In this document: piece after piece, positions 38,182 through 47,493 of the stretch | How positions within the stretch are numbered: position 1 is the first letter of the stretch | Layout: each line of letters opens with the position of its first letter | Virus record (IMG/VR): IMGVR_UViG_3300031857_000055 | Location: 42,542-106,541 of that record | Strand: one strand, 5' to 3' | From: a virus | Length of the DNA stretch: 64,000 nt | Notes under the pieces: generated by a model | The model's database searches: none | Seen by the model: the letters and a program-made list of their open reading frames with translations, nothing else | What the model was told of the DNA's origin: nothing | Made by a program: the position numbers and the translations under genes

Positions 38182-38382
38182 ATGAGCATAGCCACTTGCG
38201 CGGTTTGCGGTGTCCAAGTAGAAAGAACACTTCATCAATTCCCTACTCGCAAGTATCCGCACAATGCTCCCTACCTTGCTGCTCTATATCACCGAGATCC
38301 GTTTTGGGGTAAAGGTGACTTTGAAGAATATTGCAGCGCCAAATGCGCTACAGAAGCGTTCTTAAAAAGCAAACAAACTTGA
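38182..38382 (+). CDS. Small Cys4 zinc-finger-like protein
   Basis: CAVC..YCSAKC. Confidence 0.55.
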   Translation: MSIATCAVCGVQVERTLHQFPTRKYPHNAPYLAALYHRDPFWGKGDFEEYCSAKCATEAFLKSKQT

Positions 38383-38391
38383 AGTTTTTGG

Positions 38392-38420
38392 TTGACAATA
38401 CCCTTAAGGTTTGTTATATT
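38392..38420 (+). promoter_or_regulatory. Sigma70-type promoter
   Basis: TTGACA-17-TATATT. Confidence 0.7.
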
Positions 38421-38445
38421 GACTATATCAACTAAGGAGATTTCT

Positions 38446-39750
38446 ATGAGTGACGTTATTCCCGGTACTGCGACTAAGCCTAAGAAGGGCAAGCGCACCC
38501 GTAGCAAGAAGTTTGAAAATCTGATTGGTCCGACCGATCCTAAGATTGATCACGAAGCCCGTGAGCGTCTCATTACCGCTCGTATTGGTCTCCTGCTCCG
38601 TCAAAGCTTTTTCGGTAACCTCGCTACCCGTCTACAGCTTGTAAATGCTGACGATTGGTGCTCCACTGCTGCTACTGACGGTCTGCGTTTCTATTACAAC
38701 AGCCGTTTCATTAAGATGCTTCGCACTAAGGAAGTTGAATTCCTTGTCGGTCATGAAGTTCTGCACGTTGTTTACGATCACCTTGGTCGTCGTGACAGCC
38801 GCGACCCTGAGATTTGGAACATCGCTAACGACTATGCAGTTAATGCTGACCTCAAGCGTCACAAGGTCGGTGAAATGATCACCACTGTTCCTGCTCTCTA
38901 TGAGCAGAAGTATGATGGTCTTGCATCCGAAGTCATTTATGACGACCTCATGAAGAACGTCAAGTATATTGATATTGACGAACTCCTTGACAAGATGCTT
39001 GACGATCACCTTGAAGATGAAGGTCAGGGCGAGGGCGACGGCGAAGATAATGGTCAGCAGGGTAATGGTAAGCGTCCGCGGATGAGTCCTGAGGAGCGTG
39101 AACAGGCCCGTCAAGAAATGAAGCAGGCTATTCTCAACGCTGCACAAACTGCCGAAGCTGGTACTATTCCGATGGGCGTTGAACGTCTTATCAAGCAGCT
39201 TACTGATCCTGTCATGCCTTGGCGTGAACTGATCCAGACTAATCTGACCTCTGCTATCAAGTCTGATTACACTTGGATGCGTCCTTCTCGTCGTTCTTGG
39301 CACATGGATGCTGTTATGCCCGGTATGAACCCCGGTGAAGAAATTGACGTTGATATCTACATTGATATGTCGGGTTCTATCAGCAACAAGCAGGGTATGC
39401 AGTTCCTTAGCGAAGTCGCTGGCATGATGGAAGCGTTTGATGGTTACTCGCTCCGCGTCACTTGCTTTGATACTCGCTGCTACAACACGCAGGAGTATAC
39501 GAGCGAGAACATGGAGAACATTGAGGAGTATCAGCTTCACGGTGGCGGTGGCACCGACTTTGATAGCATCTTTGATGACCTCAAGGAAGCTGGTCGTGTC
39601 CCCAATCGCTTGATTGTCTTCACTGACGGTTATCCGTGCGGTAGCTGGGGCGATGCTGATTACTGTGATACGACTTGGATCATTCACGGTGACCCCAATC
39701 CGAACCCGCCCTTCGGTACGTATGCTATCTATGACGACCACAAAAAATAA
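38446..39750 (+). CDS. Metallopeptidase-like/VWA protein, MoxR partner
   Basis: TAATDG, HEVLH, WNIAND, DMSGS MIDAS, GGGGTDF, VFTDGY; TAAGGAG SD before 38446. Confidence 0.88.
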   Translation: MSDVIPGTATKPKKGKRTRSKKFENLIGPTDPKIDHEARERLITARIGLLLRQSFFGNLATRLQLVNADDWCSTAATDGLRFYYNSRFIKMLRTKEVEFLVGHEVLHVVYDHLGRRDSRDPEIWNIANDYAVNADLKRHKVGEMITTVPALYEQKYDGLASEVIYDDLMKNVKYIDIDELLDKMLDDHLEDEGQGEGDGEDNGQQGNGKRPRMSPEEREQARQEMKQAILNAAQTAEAGTIPMGVERLIKQLTDPVMPWRELIQTNLTSAIKSDYTWMRPSRRSWHMDAVMPGMNPGEEIDVDIYIDMSGSISNKQGMQFLSEVAGMMEAFDGYSLRVTCFDTRCYNTQEYTSENMENIEEYQLHGGGGTDFDSIFDDLKEAGRVPNRLIVFTDGYPCGSWGDADYCDTTWIIHGDPNPNPPFGTYAIYDDHKK

Positions 39751-40003
39751 TCCGATAGCAATCGTTGGAGCTATGATATACGAGTCTCCGGACGGTGGAA
39801 AGACGATCTACGCAAGAGAGCGTGGGTCGTCTAACCGCGTTTTAGTCCGCAAAGATGATACCGTAGAGGAAACTAAACAGCTTCTTGCTAGGCGAGATCG
39901 GCTTACTAAAATCTGTGAACTGGCTAAAACAGTTCCTGCGTTAAACGACCAGTTAGAGAAGCTTGAAGAAATATATTTGTTGGTGAAAAATGAAAACGAT
40001 TGA
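39731..40003 (+). CDS. Hypothetical phage protein (IYESPDGGKTIY motif)
   Basis: Gap-filling ORF; start uncertain. Confidence 0.6.
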   Translation: MTTTKNNPIAIVGAMIYESPDGGKTIYARERGSSNRVLVRKDDTVEETKQLLARRDRLTKICELAKTVPALNDQLEKLEEIYLLVKNEND

Positions 40004-40226
40004 CGATATCAACTTACACACATGGTTTGTAGACCGTGAGTTAGATTTCACGCCTCCGCATTTTATTAAGTCAGGAACTGTCTTGACCGACGAATCTAAG
40101 GTTTGGATTCTAGAAAAGCTGACTGGAAGATTTGCAATCTCCGGACATGAGGGCTTTTTTGGTTCTCTATCACCAGCGTTTGAAGATCCAAAGGAAGCGT
40201 TGTTTTATGAACTTAAGTGGGGTTAA
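39990..40226 (+). CDS. Small protein, F-x-L-(R/K)-W family
   Basis: C-terminus FEDPKEALFYELKWG. Confidence 0.65.
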   Translation: MKTIDDINLHTWFVDRELDFTPPHFIKSGTVLTDESKVWILEKLTGRFAISGHEGFFGSLSPAFEDPKEALFYELKWG

Positions 40227-40527
40227 GGCTGATTTAGTTATGATAGATGAACTAGGGTTTGCACACCCTGCACCTAGGCGCATAGCCACATCTGTTCGTG
40301 ACACTACACTCTTTATTGATAAAACTCCTTACTACTATGCCAATCCAATAATGTATTCATTTACAGAGTTGGAGGAAATGGCTCAATGGTGTTGGGATAC
40401 CTTTGGACCTTCTGGATACTACCAAGAAACTATGCAAGTAGTTTGGAACTATCGTTCAGATCCGGACTATATCTTCTGGTTTGCAGAAGAAAAACACTTA
40501 ACGATGTTCATACTACGCTGGTCGTAA
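40207..40527 (+). CDS. Small protein, F-x-L-(R/K)-W family
   Basis: WCWDTFG..FAEEKHLTMFILRWS; start uncertain. Confidence 0.6.
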   Translation: MNLSGVKADLVMIDELGFAHPAPRRIATSVRDTTLFIDKTPYYYANPIMYSFTELEEMAQWCWDTFGPSGYYQETMQVVWNYRSDPDYIFWFAEEKHLTMFILRWS

Positions 40528-40587
40528 AATATTTTAGCCAGCTGTTTCCTCATTAAATACAAGAGCGAATTTACAAGGAGAACGCAA

Positions 40588-41286
40588 ATGGCTTTTTTAA
40601 GACACGTAGGGAAGCACGGTGATCGCAAGGTAGCGGTCGTATTTCGTGAAGTACCTGGCGAGCCACATATGTGTTTAGTAGTATATACAGAACTATTGAA
40701 CAGAACTGTTCATGACCCGCTAGTAAAATGTATTGAAAGCGAAATTGGTCAGAACAGCAAGAATTTAGCGGATGCATTGAACCGCAGCTACACCACAGAT
40801 GGTCTTATCATCTTACAGAAACTTCATGCCGAAGGTCAGCTTAAGAAGGTTCAGACTGAACTTATCGTAATGACACCAACACCCGGAACACAGATTAAGC
40901 TTAGTGAACTAAACACTATTCTTGATGAAATGGAAAGAGGTGAAGCAGCAGTGCAGAAGCTTGCTGATATGGATAAGCAGCTTGGTATGCAGGACCCAAT
41001 TCAGGTTGCTAAGCGTATGCGCGGTGACATGTTGAATGAGGGAACTGTTCCACCAGTTGCACCTTTAACAGCATCAGGCGACGCATTGGGTGACAATGCT
41101 ATTGCTAACAATCTTCGTCAACAGGCAATGAGAATGTCAGCAGAAGCAAAGGGACTACTCGCAGAAGCAGATAGGCTATTGCAGGAAGCAAATGCAATGG
41201 ATCCAGTAGCAGCTACATTGCAGAATGCACCGGTAGCAGCAGCAAAAAAGTCTAGAGGACGACCAAAGAAGGTCCTTACTGCATAA
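40588..41286 (+). CDS. Hypothetical late protein with C-terminal AT-hook-like motif
   Basis: TAAATA at 40554, AGGAG SD, C-terminal KKSRGRPKK. Confidence 0.7.
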   Translation: MAFLRHVGKHGDRKVAVVFREVPGEPHMCLVVYTELLNRTVHDPLVKCIESEIGQNSKNLADALNRSYTTDGLIILQKLHAEGQLKKVQTELIVMTPTPGTQIKLSELNTILDEMERGEAAVQKLADMDKQLGMQDPIQVAKRMRGDMLNEGTVPPVAPLTASGDALGDNAIANNLRQQAMRMSAEAKGLLAEADRLLQEANAMDPVAATLQNAPVAAAKKSRGRPKKVLTA

Positions 41287-41297
41287 GGTGTTAGTTA

Positions 41298-41594
41298 ATG
41301 TCCCCCGAATTTATTGAAAAGTGGGAAAAATTACTTGAAGATGTTGACAAACAGCAAATTCCAGTTGAGTTTATTAAAAAAATTGTATTGAAGCTTGTAG
41401 GAAGAAAACAACATACTATTAATATACAACGACTACTGGAGCAAGGACTTTACCCTGACGAAATTGAAGATGCAATCAGTACTAAACTTATTGAGTTAGA
41501 TGAGTTGGTTACAGGAATTGAGTTCATCTTAAATGTAGAAAGTATTGCGGAAACAGTCCAACCCGAAACTGACAGATTATTGAATGGACTATGA
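41298..41594 (+). CDS. Hypothetical protein
   Basis: TAAGGTG SD; coupled to DHFR. Confidence 0.65.
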   Translation: MSPEFIEKWEKLLEDVDKQQIPVEFIKKIVLKLVGRKQHTINIQRLLEQGLYPDEIEDAISTKLIELDELVTGIEFILNVESIAETVQPETDRLLNGL

Positions 41595-42061
41595 AATTAA
41601 TATTAGCATGTGACCCAAATGGGGGAATCGGCTATCAAAACAGATTGCCCTGGAGTAACATTCAGGGCGATTTGCCAAGATTCAAGCGTTTGACAGAGGG
41701 ACAGACAGTCATTATGGGACGCAACACTTGGGATAGCTTACCAAAGAAACCGTTACCGAAACGGTACAACTTCGTAGTAACGAGCCAAGAACTTGATATG
41801 CCTGAACATTCACAGTGCATAACATACGATGAATTTACAAGCCCGGAATCTTCTCTTAGGTTTAGTAGTACCTGGTTGATAGGCGGCGCACAATTAGTCA
41901 ATGCATGTTGGCCTCATATCACTGAATTACATCTAACAAACGTATACGACCATTACACTTGCGATACTCACATAGACCTGCTATATGTAGAAGCTAACTT
42001 TACAAGGGTTTGGAGCGAAGTGTTCCCTGATCATAGATATGAAATTTGGAAAAGAAAATGA
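41591..42061 (+). CDS. folA: Dihydrofolate reductase
   Basis: IGYQNRLPW, DLPRFK, VIMGRNTWDSLP..PLPKR, IGGAQ. Confidence 0.95.
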   Translation: MKLILACDPNGGIGYQNRLPWSNIQGDLPRFKRLTEGQTVIMGRNTWDSLPKKPLPKRYNFVVTSQELDMPEHSQCITYDEFTSPESSLRFSSTWLIGGAQLVNACWPHITELHLTNVYDHYTCDTHIDLLYVEANFTRVWSEVFPDHRYEIWKRK

Positions 42062-42888
42062 AACAGTACCACGATTTGCTTGAAGATATACTAAATAACG
42101 GTGAAGTCAAGGATGATAGGACCGGCGTTGGTACTATCAGCGTCTTTGGCCGTCAACTTAGATTTAATCTATCAGAGGGTTTCCCCGCTGTTACTACAAA
42201 GAAATTAGCGTGGAAATCAGTAGTAAGCGAATTATTGTGGTTTATAGAAGGGACAGGAGATGAGAGAAGACTTGCGGAAATTTTACACGGATCCAGAGAT
42301 ACTGAACGTAGTACAATATGGACAGGAAACGCTCAAGCAGCTTATTGGATCCCAAAAGCGAGATACGACGGGGATTTGGGCAGAGTATACGGCGTACAGT
42401 GGAGAGACTGGCGAGGAGTTGACCAACTCTCAAATCTAATTGAGGGTATCAAGACTGATCCTAACGGTCGTAGACATATCATCACTGCATGGAACGTAGA
42501 CGAATTGGATCAGATGGCATTGCCTCCCTGCCACGTTCTCGCACAGTTTTATGTAAGCAATGGTAAGCTAAGCTGCCATATGTATCAGCGTAGTGTTGAT
42601 GTATTCCTTGGCCTCCCCTTCAACATCGCCAGCTATGCATTGCTTACACATATGATTGCACAAGTATGTGACCTAAAGGTAGGCGAACTTATCATTTCAA
42701 CTGGCGATACGCATATCTATAGCAATCATATTGAACAGGTTAAAGAGCAGCTTTCACGAGAAGAATACCCATTACCTATGCTTTTCCTCAATCCTGAGAT
42801 AAAAAACATTGACAAATTCGCAATGGATGATATACTGTTATTTGACTATCAGAGTCACGGAACCATTAAGGCTGATATGGCAGTATGA
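42058..42888 (+). CDS. thyA: Thymidylate synthase
   Basis: DRTGVGT, ELLWF, YGVQWR, MALPPCH, YQRSVD..LGLPFNIASY. Confidence 0.97.
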   Translation: MKQYHDLLEDILNNGEVKDDRTGVGTISVFGRQLRFNLSEGFPAVTTKKLAWKSVVSELLWFIEGTGDERRLAEILHGSRDTERSTIWTGNAQAAYWIPKARYDGDLGRVYGVQWRDWRGVDQLSNLIEGIKTDPNGRRHIITAWNVDELDQMALPPCHVLAQFYVSNGKLSCHMYQRSVDVFLGLPFNIASYALLTHMIAQVCDLKVGELIISTGDTHIYSNHIEQVKEQLSREEYPLPMLFLNPEIKNIDKFAMDDILLFDYQSHGTIKADMAV

Positions 42889-43124
42889 AAACAATCGTTG
42901 CTCACTTCTTCACTGTCGGAGACGTTGAAGATCCTGATATCTATGCTGCCGAACCCCTTTGGGAATGGCAGAATAGCGAAGCAGGCAAGTGGGCAATGGA
43001 AAACTGTGCCGAGACTCCCAGTTGGCACCGTGTAATGGACCCGGCTAAATTTGGCTACACTTACCAAATAAAAATTGATTTGACCCCTGAACAATATACC
43101 TACTGGAAGTTGAAATTCGAATGA
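42885..43124 (+). CDS. Small protein, related to the F-x-L-(R/K)-W family
   Basis: GDVEDPDIYAAEP; C-terminus YWKLKFE; ATGA coupling. Confidence 0.65.
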   Translation: MKTIVAHFFTVGDVEDPDIYAAEPLWEWQNSEAGKWAMENCAETPSWHRVMDPAKFGYTYQIKIDLTPEQYTYWKLKFE

Positions 43125-43411
43125 AAACCCGTGAAGAAATCATCAATAACATGTGCATGACCTTTCGTCATGACTATGGTCTTGAAATCAGCGAAGATGA
43201 TAGAATGTACACCCTTATGTCAGGCATGACTAAGCAGGAACGTGAAGCATTATATCGTGATATGGCACAAATCTTTGATAATGATATTGCTCCTCTATTA
43301 GAAGAATATCGTAAGGTCAACGAAGGCGAAGCTATCACTATTCCAAAGAGTGCCGAACACGCAAAAGCTATGATGGGCGTTGCACAATGGTACTTGGATA
43401 ATCAAGGATGA
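43121..43411 (+). CDS. Hypothetical protein
   Basis: ATGA-coupled on both sides. Confidence 0.65.
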   Translation: MKTREEIINNMCMTFRHDYGLEISEDDRMYTLMSGMTKQEREALYRDMAQIFDNDIAPLLEEYRKVNEGEAITIPKSAEHAKAMMGVAQWYLDNQG

Positions 43412-44373
43412 GAATCCTAGTCACAGGCGGCATGGGCTTCATCGGGCACAATATTGTTGCTCAATTAGAAGACATGGGATATGACGATATCACGCTTGTT
43501 GACAATTTTACTACATATGGAATCATCCCCGAAGATGAATTAAACGCATTGATGCAAGAGCGTCAATCAAAAATCTCATCTGTCAACTATATTTACGATA
43601 TCGCATTGCCTGAGGTAGAAACTGCGTTTAGAGTAAATAAACCTGACCTCGTAATTCATCTTGCCAGTTTCCCTAGACAAAAGGTAGTCAATAGCAATCC
43701 TACATTAGCAGCAGACACTATGATGAAGGGCTTGCTCAACCTGTGCGAGTTGAGTTGCAAGTATCAAGTCAAGCGTTTTGTATATGTCAGCAGCAGCATG
43801 GTCTATGGCGACTTCAAAGACGGAACTGATGAATATGCATTCTGTAAGCCGCAGGGTCAGTATGCTATTATGAAACTTGCAGGAGAGCACCTCGTTAGAG
43901 ACTACGGTCATCGCGGATGCTTTGACTACACAATCGTTCGACCCAGTGCTGTATATGGTCCTTGTGACGTTGAGGATAGGGTAATCTCTAAGTTCTTTAT
44001 GGCTGCAATGAAGGACGAAGTGCTTAAGGTTAATGGGGAACACGAGCGATTAGACTTCACATACGTAGCAGATACCGCCTCAGGCATCGTAGGAGCGTCC
44101 CTCAGTAAGGACACGGCATTCAGAACATATAATATTACTCGTGGCGAATCCAGAACCTTACTTGAAGCAGCACAGCTTATCACAAAGATTGTAGGCAAAG
44201 GCAAGATTGAAGTGACACATAAGAGCGAAGACTACCCGAGTCGCGGCACATTAAGTATCAACGCAGCCCGCAGAGACTTTGGATATAATCCCACTGTCAA
44301 CATTGAAGAAGGATTTGTCAGGTACTATGAATACTTGGTTAATTCCCCATTTTGGTCTAGCAAGACAGTATAG
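43408..44373 (+). CDS. NAD-dependent NDP-sugar epimerase/dehydratase
   Basis: TGGMGFIG, SSSMVYG, YAIMK, RPSAVYGP, DFTYVAD. Confidence 0.9.
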   Translation: MRILVTGGMGFIGHNIVAQLEDMGYDDITLVDNFTTYGIIPEDELNALMQERQSKISSVNYIYDIALPEVETAFRVNKPDLVIHLASFPRQKVVNSNPTLAADTMMKGLLNLCELSCKYQVKRFVYVSSSMVYGDFKDGTDEYAFCKPQGQYAIMKLAGEHLVRDYGHRGCFDYTIVRPSAVYGPCDVEDRVISKFFMAAMKDEVLKVNGEHERLDFTYVADTASGIVGASLSKDTAFRTYNITRGESRTLLEAAQLITKIVGKGKIEVTHKSEDYPSRGTLSINAARRDFGYNPTVNIEEGFVRYYEYLVNSPFWSSKTV

Positions 44374-45403
44374 AGACCTTCAAGAGGAGCTGTTAGAAGC
44401 AACTCACCTAGCCCTAAAAGAAGGGGTGCTAATCAATGGACCATTCACCGCTTCATTTGAATCTTGGCTTTGCAATTATACTGGTTGTCAATTTGCTACC
44501 GTCACCCATAGCGGTACTCATGCGTTAGAGCTTATTGCAAGTTATCACTATGATCTATGCTTTCTTGCAGGGGATGAAGAAGCTCCTCGCATTCGTATTC
44601 CTAACTTAACTTTCCCTGCAACACTAAACGCATTCTATAGCACAGGATGGGAAGTTGAACTGGTTGATACAGATAGTAATGGGTTGTTGAAGTTTGGCGA
44701 CGATTATGAACGTGACTTTAATACCTATACTTGTTTTGTAGGACTATACGGAGCTTCAATTAATAGGGCATTCTATAGTAATGTTATTGTTGATGGAGCC
44801 CAGCATTGGTTGACAGTTGACAAGCATCAAATAGGTGATGGTATGGCCATCAGTTTTGACCCTACTAAGAACTTACCTAGTAGCGGCAACGGTGGCGCAA
44901 TCGTAACAAACGACCAATCATTGTATGATTGGGCAAACGTCATGAAGAATAACAGCAAGCCTGATCACTTCTATCCTGGCACTAATACTAAGATGAGTGA
45001 GTTAGAATGCGCCCATCTACTAGTCAGATCCAAATATATTGACAGATGGCAATATCGCAGAGAACAGATACGAAACTATTATCTGGATAGATTTGAAGAT
45101 ATGCCGTTTAGGTGTCTCAGCGAATCTTTTGAAAGACACGCTGATCAAAAGTTTGTTATCTATACCCAAGACCGCAATGAGCTACACCAATATTTGACTG
45201 ACCGTAAAATTGAGTCTAGAATTCATTATCCTTATGCGTTGAGTGAATTACCAATCGCTAAGGATATCATTAAGAAGCCAGACTTTGTGAGTACAAGCGT
45301 AGCATTAGCTAAGGGTGTATTAAGTCTACCCATCTATCCTGAACTTTCTGATAGTGAAATAGAAGCCGTAGCGGACACAGTTTGCAAGTTCTTTGATAAA
45401 TAA
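44327..45403 (+). CDS. DegT/DnrJ/EryC1/StrS aminotransferase
   Basis: SGTHAL, VDGAQ, SFDPTKNL..GNGGA, IHYP, LSLPIYP. Confidence 0.9.
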   Translation: MNTWLIPHFGLARQYRDLQEELLEATHLALKEGVLINGPFTASFESWLCNYTGCQFATVTHSGTHALELIASYHYDLCFLAGDEEAPRIRIPNLTFPATLNAFYSTGWEVELVDTDSNGLLKFGDDYERDFNTYTCFVGLYGASINRAFYSNVIVDGAQHWLTVDKHQIGDGMAISFDPTKNLPSSGNGGAIVTNDQSLYDWANVMKNNSKPDHFYPGTNTKMSELECAHLLVRSKYIDRWQYRREQIRNYYLDRFEDMPFRCLSESFERHADQKFVIYTQDRNELHQYLTDRKIESRIHYPYALSELPIAKDIIKKPDFVSTSVALAKGVLSLPIYPELSDSEIEAVADTVCKFFDK

Positions 45404-45410
45404 TATTGTT

Positions 45411-45878
45411 ATGTCAATATTCTGGATTCTTACTTTTGTACCGAACTTTGTATTTAACCTAGCACTCATTGTTGGGGTGCTTGGGTTAATAGTTGCTGCC
45501 GTCGCAGGAAGAGTCCCATTCATAGCTCAATATAAGCTGCCTATTCAACTTATTGCATTTGCTCTTACTATCGTAGCCGTCTTCTTTCAGGGCGCACTAG
45601 CATATAAGCACAGTGTTGCAGCAGAAGTGGCTGAACTTAAACTAAAATTGAAGAATGCAGAAGTCAAGTCACTACAGACTAATACTGAAATTGTAGAAAA
45701 GATTGTCACTGATACACAAGTCATTCGTGAGAAGGGTCAGACAATCACTGAATATGTTGACAGAGAAGTTGTCAAGTACAATGAAGTATGCAAGCTTCCG
45801 ACAGAAGTAATCAACGCACACAATATGGCAGCAACACTTAAGCTGGATGAAGGTGCTACTGAGGAACAACCAAAGTGA
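45411..45878 (+). CDS. Inner-membrane spanin (Rz-like)
   Basis: N-terminal TM helices, coiled coil, C-terminal Cys; overlaps a lipoprotein gene; TAAATA at 45397. Confidence 0.65.
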   Translation: MSIFWILTFVPNFVFNLALIVGVLGLIVAAVAGRVPFIAQYKLPIQLIAFALTIVAVFFQGALAYKHSVAAEVAELKLKLKNAEVKSLQTNTEIVEKIVTDTQVIREKGQTITEYVDREVVKYNEVCKLPTEVINAHNMAATLKLDEGATEEQPK

Positions 45879-46147
45879 AGAAGCTACTAATTCTTCCCCT
45901 TTTCGTTTTGTCTGGGTGTGCAGTTCACGTTGAGCCAGTAACAGCAACGTTTCCGGAAGCTCCTGCTACGCTATTACAGAAATGTGAAGCCCTCAAAGAA
46001 GTCGCTGCGGACGCTTCACTAACAGATTTCACTAAAATAGTAGTAGAAAACTACATTCTATATCACGAATGCAGCCGCAAAGTTGAGGGTTGGCACGAGT
46101 GGTATACTAAGCAAAAGAAAATCTTCGAAGACGCTACCAAAAAGTAA
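45875..46147 (+). CDS. Outer-membrane spanin lipoprotein (Rz1-like)
   Basis: Lipobox LSGC, Pro-rich segment, two further Cys. Confidence 0.7.
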   Translation: MKKLLILPLFVLSGCAVHVEPVTATFPEAPATLLQKCEALKEVAADASLTDFTKIVVENYILYHECSRKVEGWHEWYTKQKKIFEDATKK

Positions 46148-46193
46148 TCTTGAGTCTAGTATGATAAATACTAGATAACAACGGAAGATTACT

Positions 46194-46730
46194 ATGGCTA
46201 CCCAAGAAATTATTAACATTGGTACACTACCTAACGATGGCGAAGGCGATCCGTTAAGAGTAGCATTTGCTAAAATTAATAATAACTTCTCCAATCTTTT
46301 CCCTACTGCTATCAATACGAGTAGCTCGTATTCAGTAGGAGATACCCCCGGTCAACTTATATTTGAAACTGACGCTAATACCTTCACAATGGCGCAACTA
46401 TATGTCTATGCCGCTGACCCATCAGGCGATAGTAGTCAGAGTATGCAACTAAACGCACAAATTAATCAAGAATTAGATGATGCTAAATTTAGTGCTGTTG
46501 GGTTGTCTGTGTTCGGAAACGCACTATCTTCATATAGTATGCGGGTGTTAGGTGGAAACGTACAACTTCTTGCCAATCCATTACAAGATACTACGATTTT
46601 TCACTTTATTGGTTCATCTATTATTTGGATCGGCTCAACTCTTCCTGGAATTCCTATCGAACTAGACGGGTATGTTGCCAATTCAGTTATGGCAACTGAA
46701 ATTAACCAGGGTGTGACAACAGAGCAATAA
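46194..46730 (+). CDS. Virion structural protein with T4 gp9/gp10-like N-terminus
   Basis: INIGTLPNDGEGDPLRVAFAKINNNF; TAAATA at 46165. Confidence 0.7.
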   Translation: MATQEIINIGTLPNDGEGDPLRVAFAKINNNFSNLFPTAINTSSSYSVGDTPGQLIFETDANTFTMAQLYVYAADPSGDSSQSMQLNAQINQELDDAKFSAVGLSVFGNALSSYSMRVLGGNVQLLANPLQDTTIFHFIGSSIIWIGSTLPGIPIELDGYVANSVMATEINQGVTTEQ

Positions 46731-46732
46731 TA

Positions 46733-47122
46733 ATGAGAGCATACGAATTCATCACGGAATCTGCAACAGACGGTTTGAGTATGGTTGCACATAGCTTGCC
46801 AGCTACCTATATAATTCCTGATTTAAAAAATAATGATTTCTACGAGCTTTATAGATTTGGTTTAGCAATTGCAGATACTAGAGGTAATGGTGGAAACGAT
46901 GATGTTCAAAACGGTTTTAAACATGAGTTTAAGGCAGAAAGCACCTGGGGAGAGCATCAAGTAGTGGTTTCTTGGGATCCAAACATTGAGCAAGTGATTG
47001 ATCAATCGTTGAGTAAAGTTAATAAAAGAGGAAAAAAGCTAGTAAGTACTAAAACTAGTGACGAGATTCCTAATACCGGAACCCAATCCACTCTTAAACC
47101 CTTTAAGGGATACAAGCGATGA
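46733..47122 (+). CDS. Putative internal head protein (paralog 1)
   Basis: Starts MRAYEFITE, ends LKPFKGYKR. Confidence 0.6.
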   Translation: MRAYEFITESATDGLSMVAHSLPATYIIPDLKNNDFYELYRFGLAIADTRGNGGNDDVQNGFKHEFKAESTWGEHQVVVSWDPNIEQVIDQSLSKVNKRGKKLVSTKTSDEIPNTGTQSTLKPFKGYKR

Positions 47123-47493
47123 GAGCATGGGAATTTATAACTGAAGGGAAGAAAGTTCCTGACTCTCCGGAACATCACGATGGCCCCATGACCGGGTTAC
47201 ATAGATTTGCCGACAGCACATATGACCGTTACTATCTATTAAATCGTGTAATGATGGCCGCTGCCTCAACTGACGGGAAAACAATGCCTGATGTGGATAG
47301 TGATAGTTGGGCGTCTCGTTTCAACATAGCACATCCTTACACAAAAGAAGAAGCAGATAAGTTAAAATTAGCATATAAAGCAGCAGGCGTCAAAAAGTTT
47401 GATGACATAACAAAAGGTGATTTGTCTAGCACAGAACCAACTGGCCATAACGATACCAGTCCAATCAAGCCATTCAAAGGGTACAAGCGATGA
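47119..47493 (+). CDS. Putative internal head protein (paralog 2)
   Basis: Starts MRAWEFITE, ends IKPFKGYKR. Confidence 0.6.
   Translation: MRAWEFITEGKKVPDSPEHHDGPMTGLHRFADSTYDRYYLLNRVMMAAASTDGKTMPDVDSDSWASRFNIAHPYTKEEADKLKLAYKAAGVKKFDDITKGDLSSTEPTGHNDTSPIKPFKGYKR

Noticed and set aside
37000-39741. Long minus-strand ORFs (420 aa and 369 aa)
   Set aside because: Antisense shadows of the codon-biased MoxR and VWA genes, with no motifs of their own
42058-42888. dCMP hydroxymethylase supplying a DNA hypermodification pathway
   Set aside because: It has PFNIASY with the Asn that specifies dUMP and sits beside DHFR, so it is an ordinary ThyA. DNA modification by the cluster is not excluded but gets no support here
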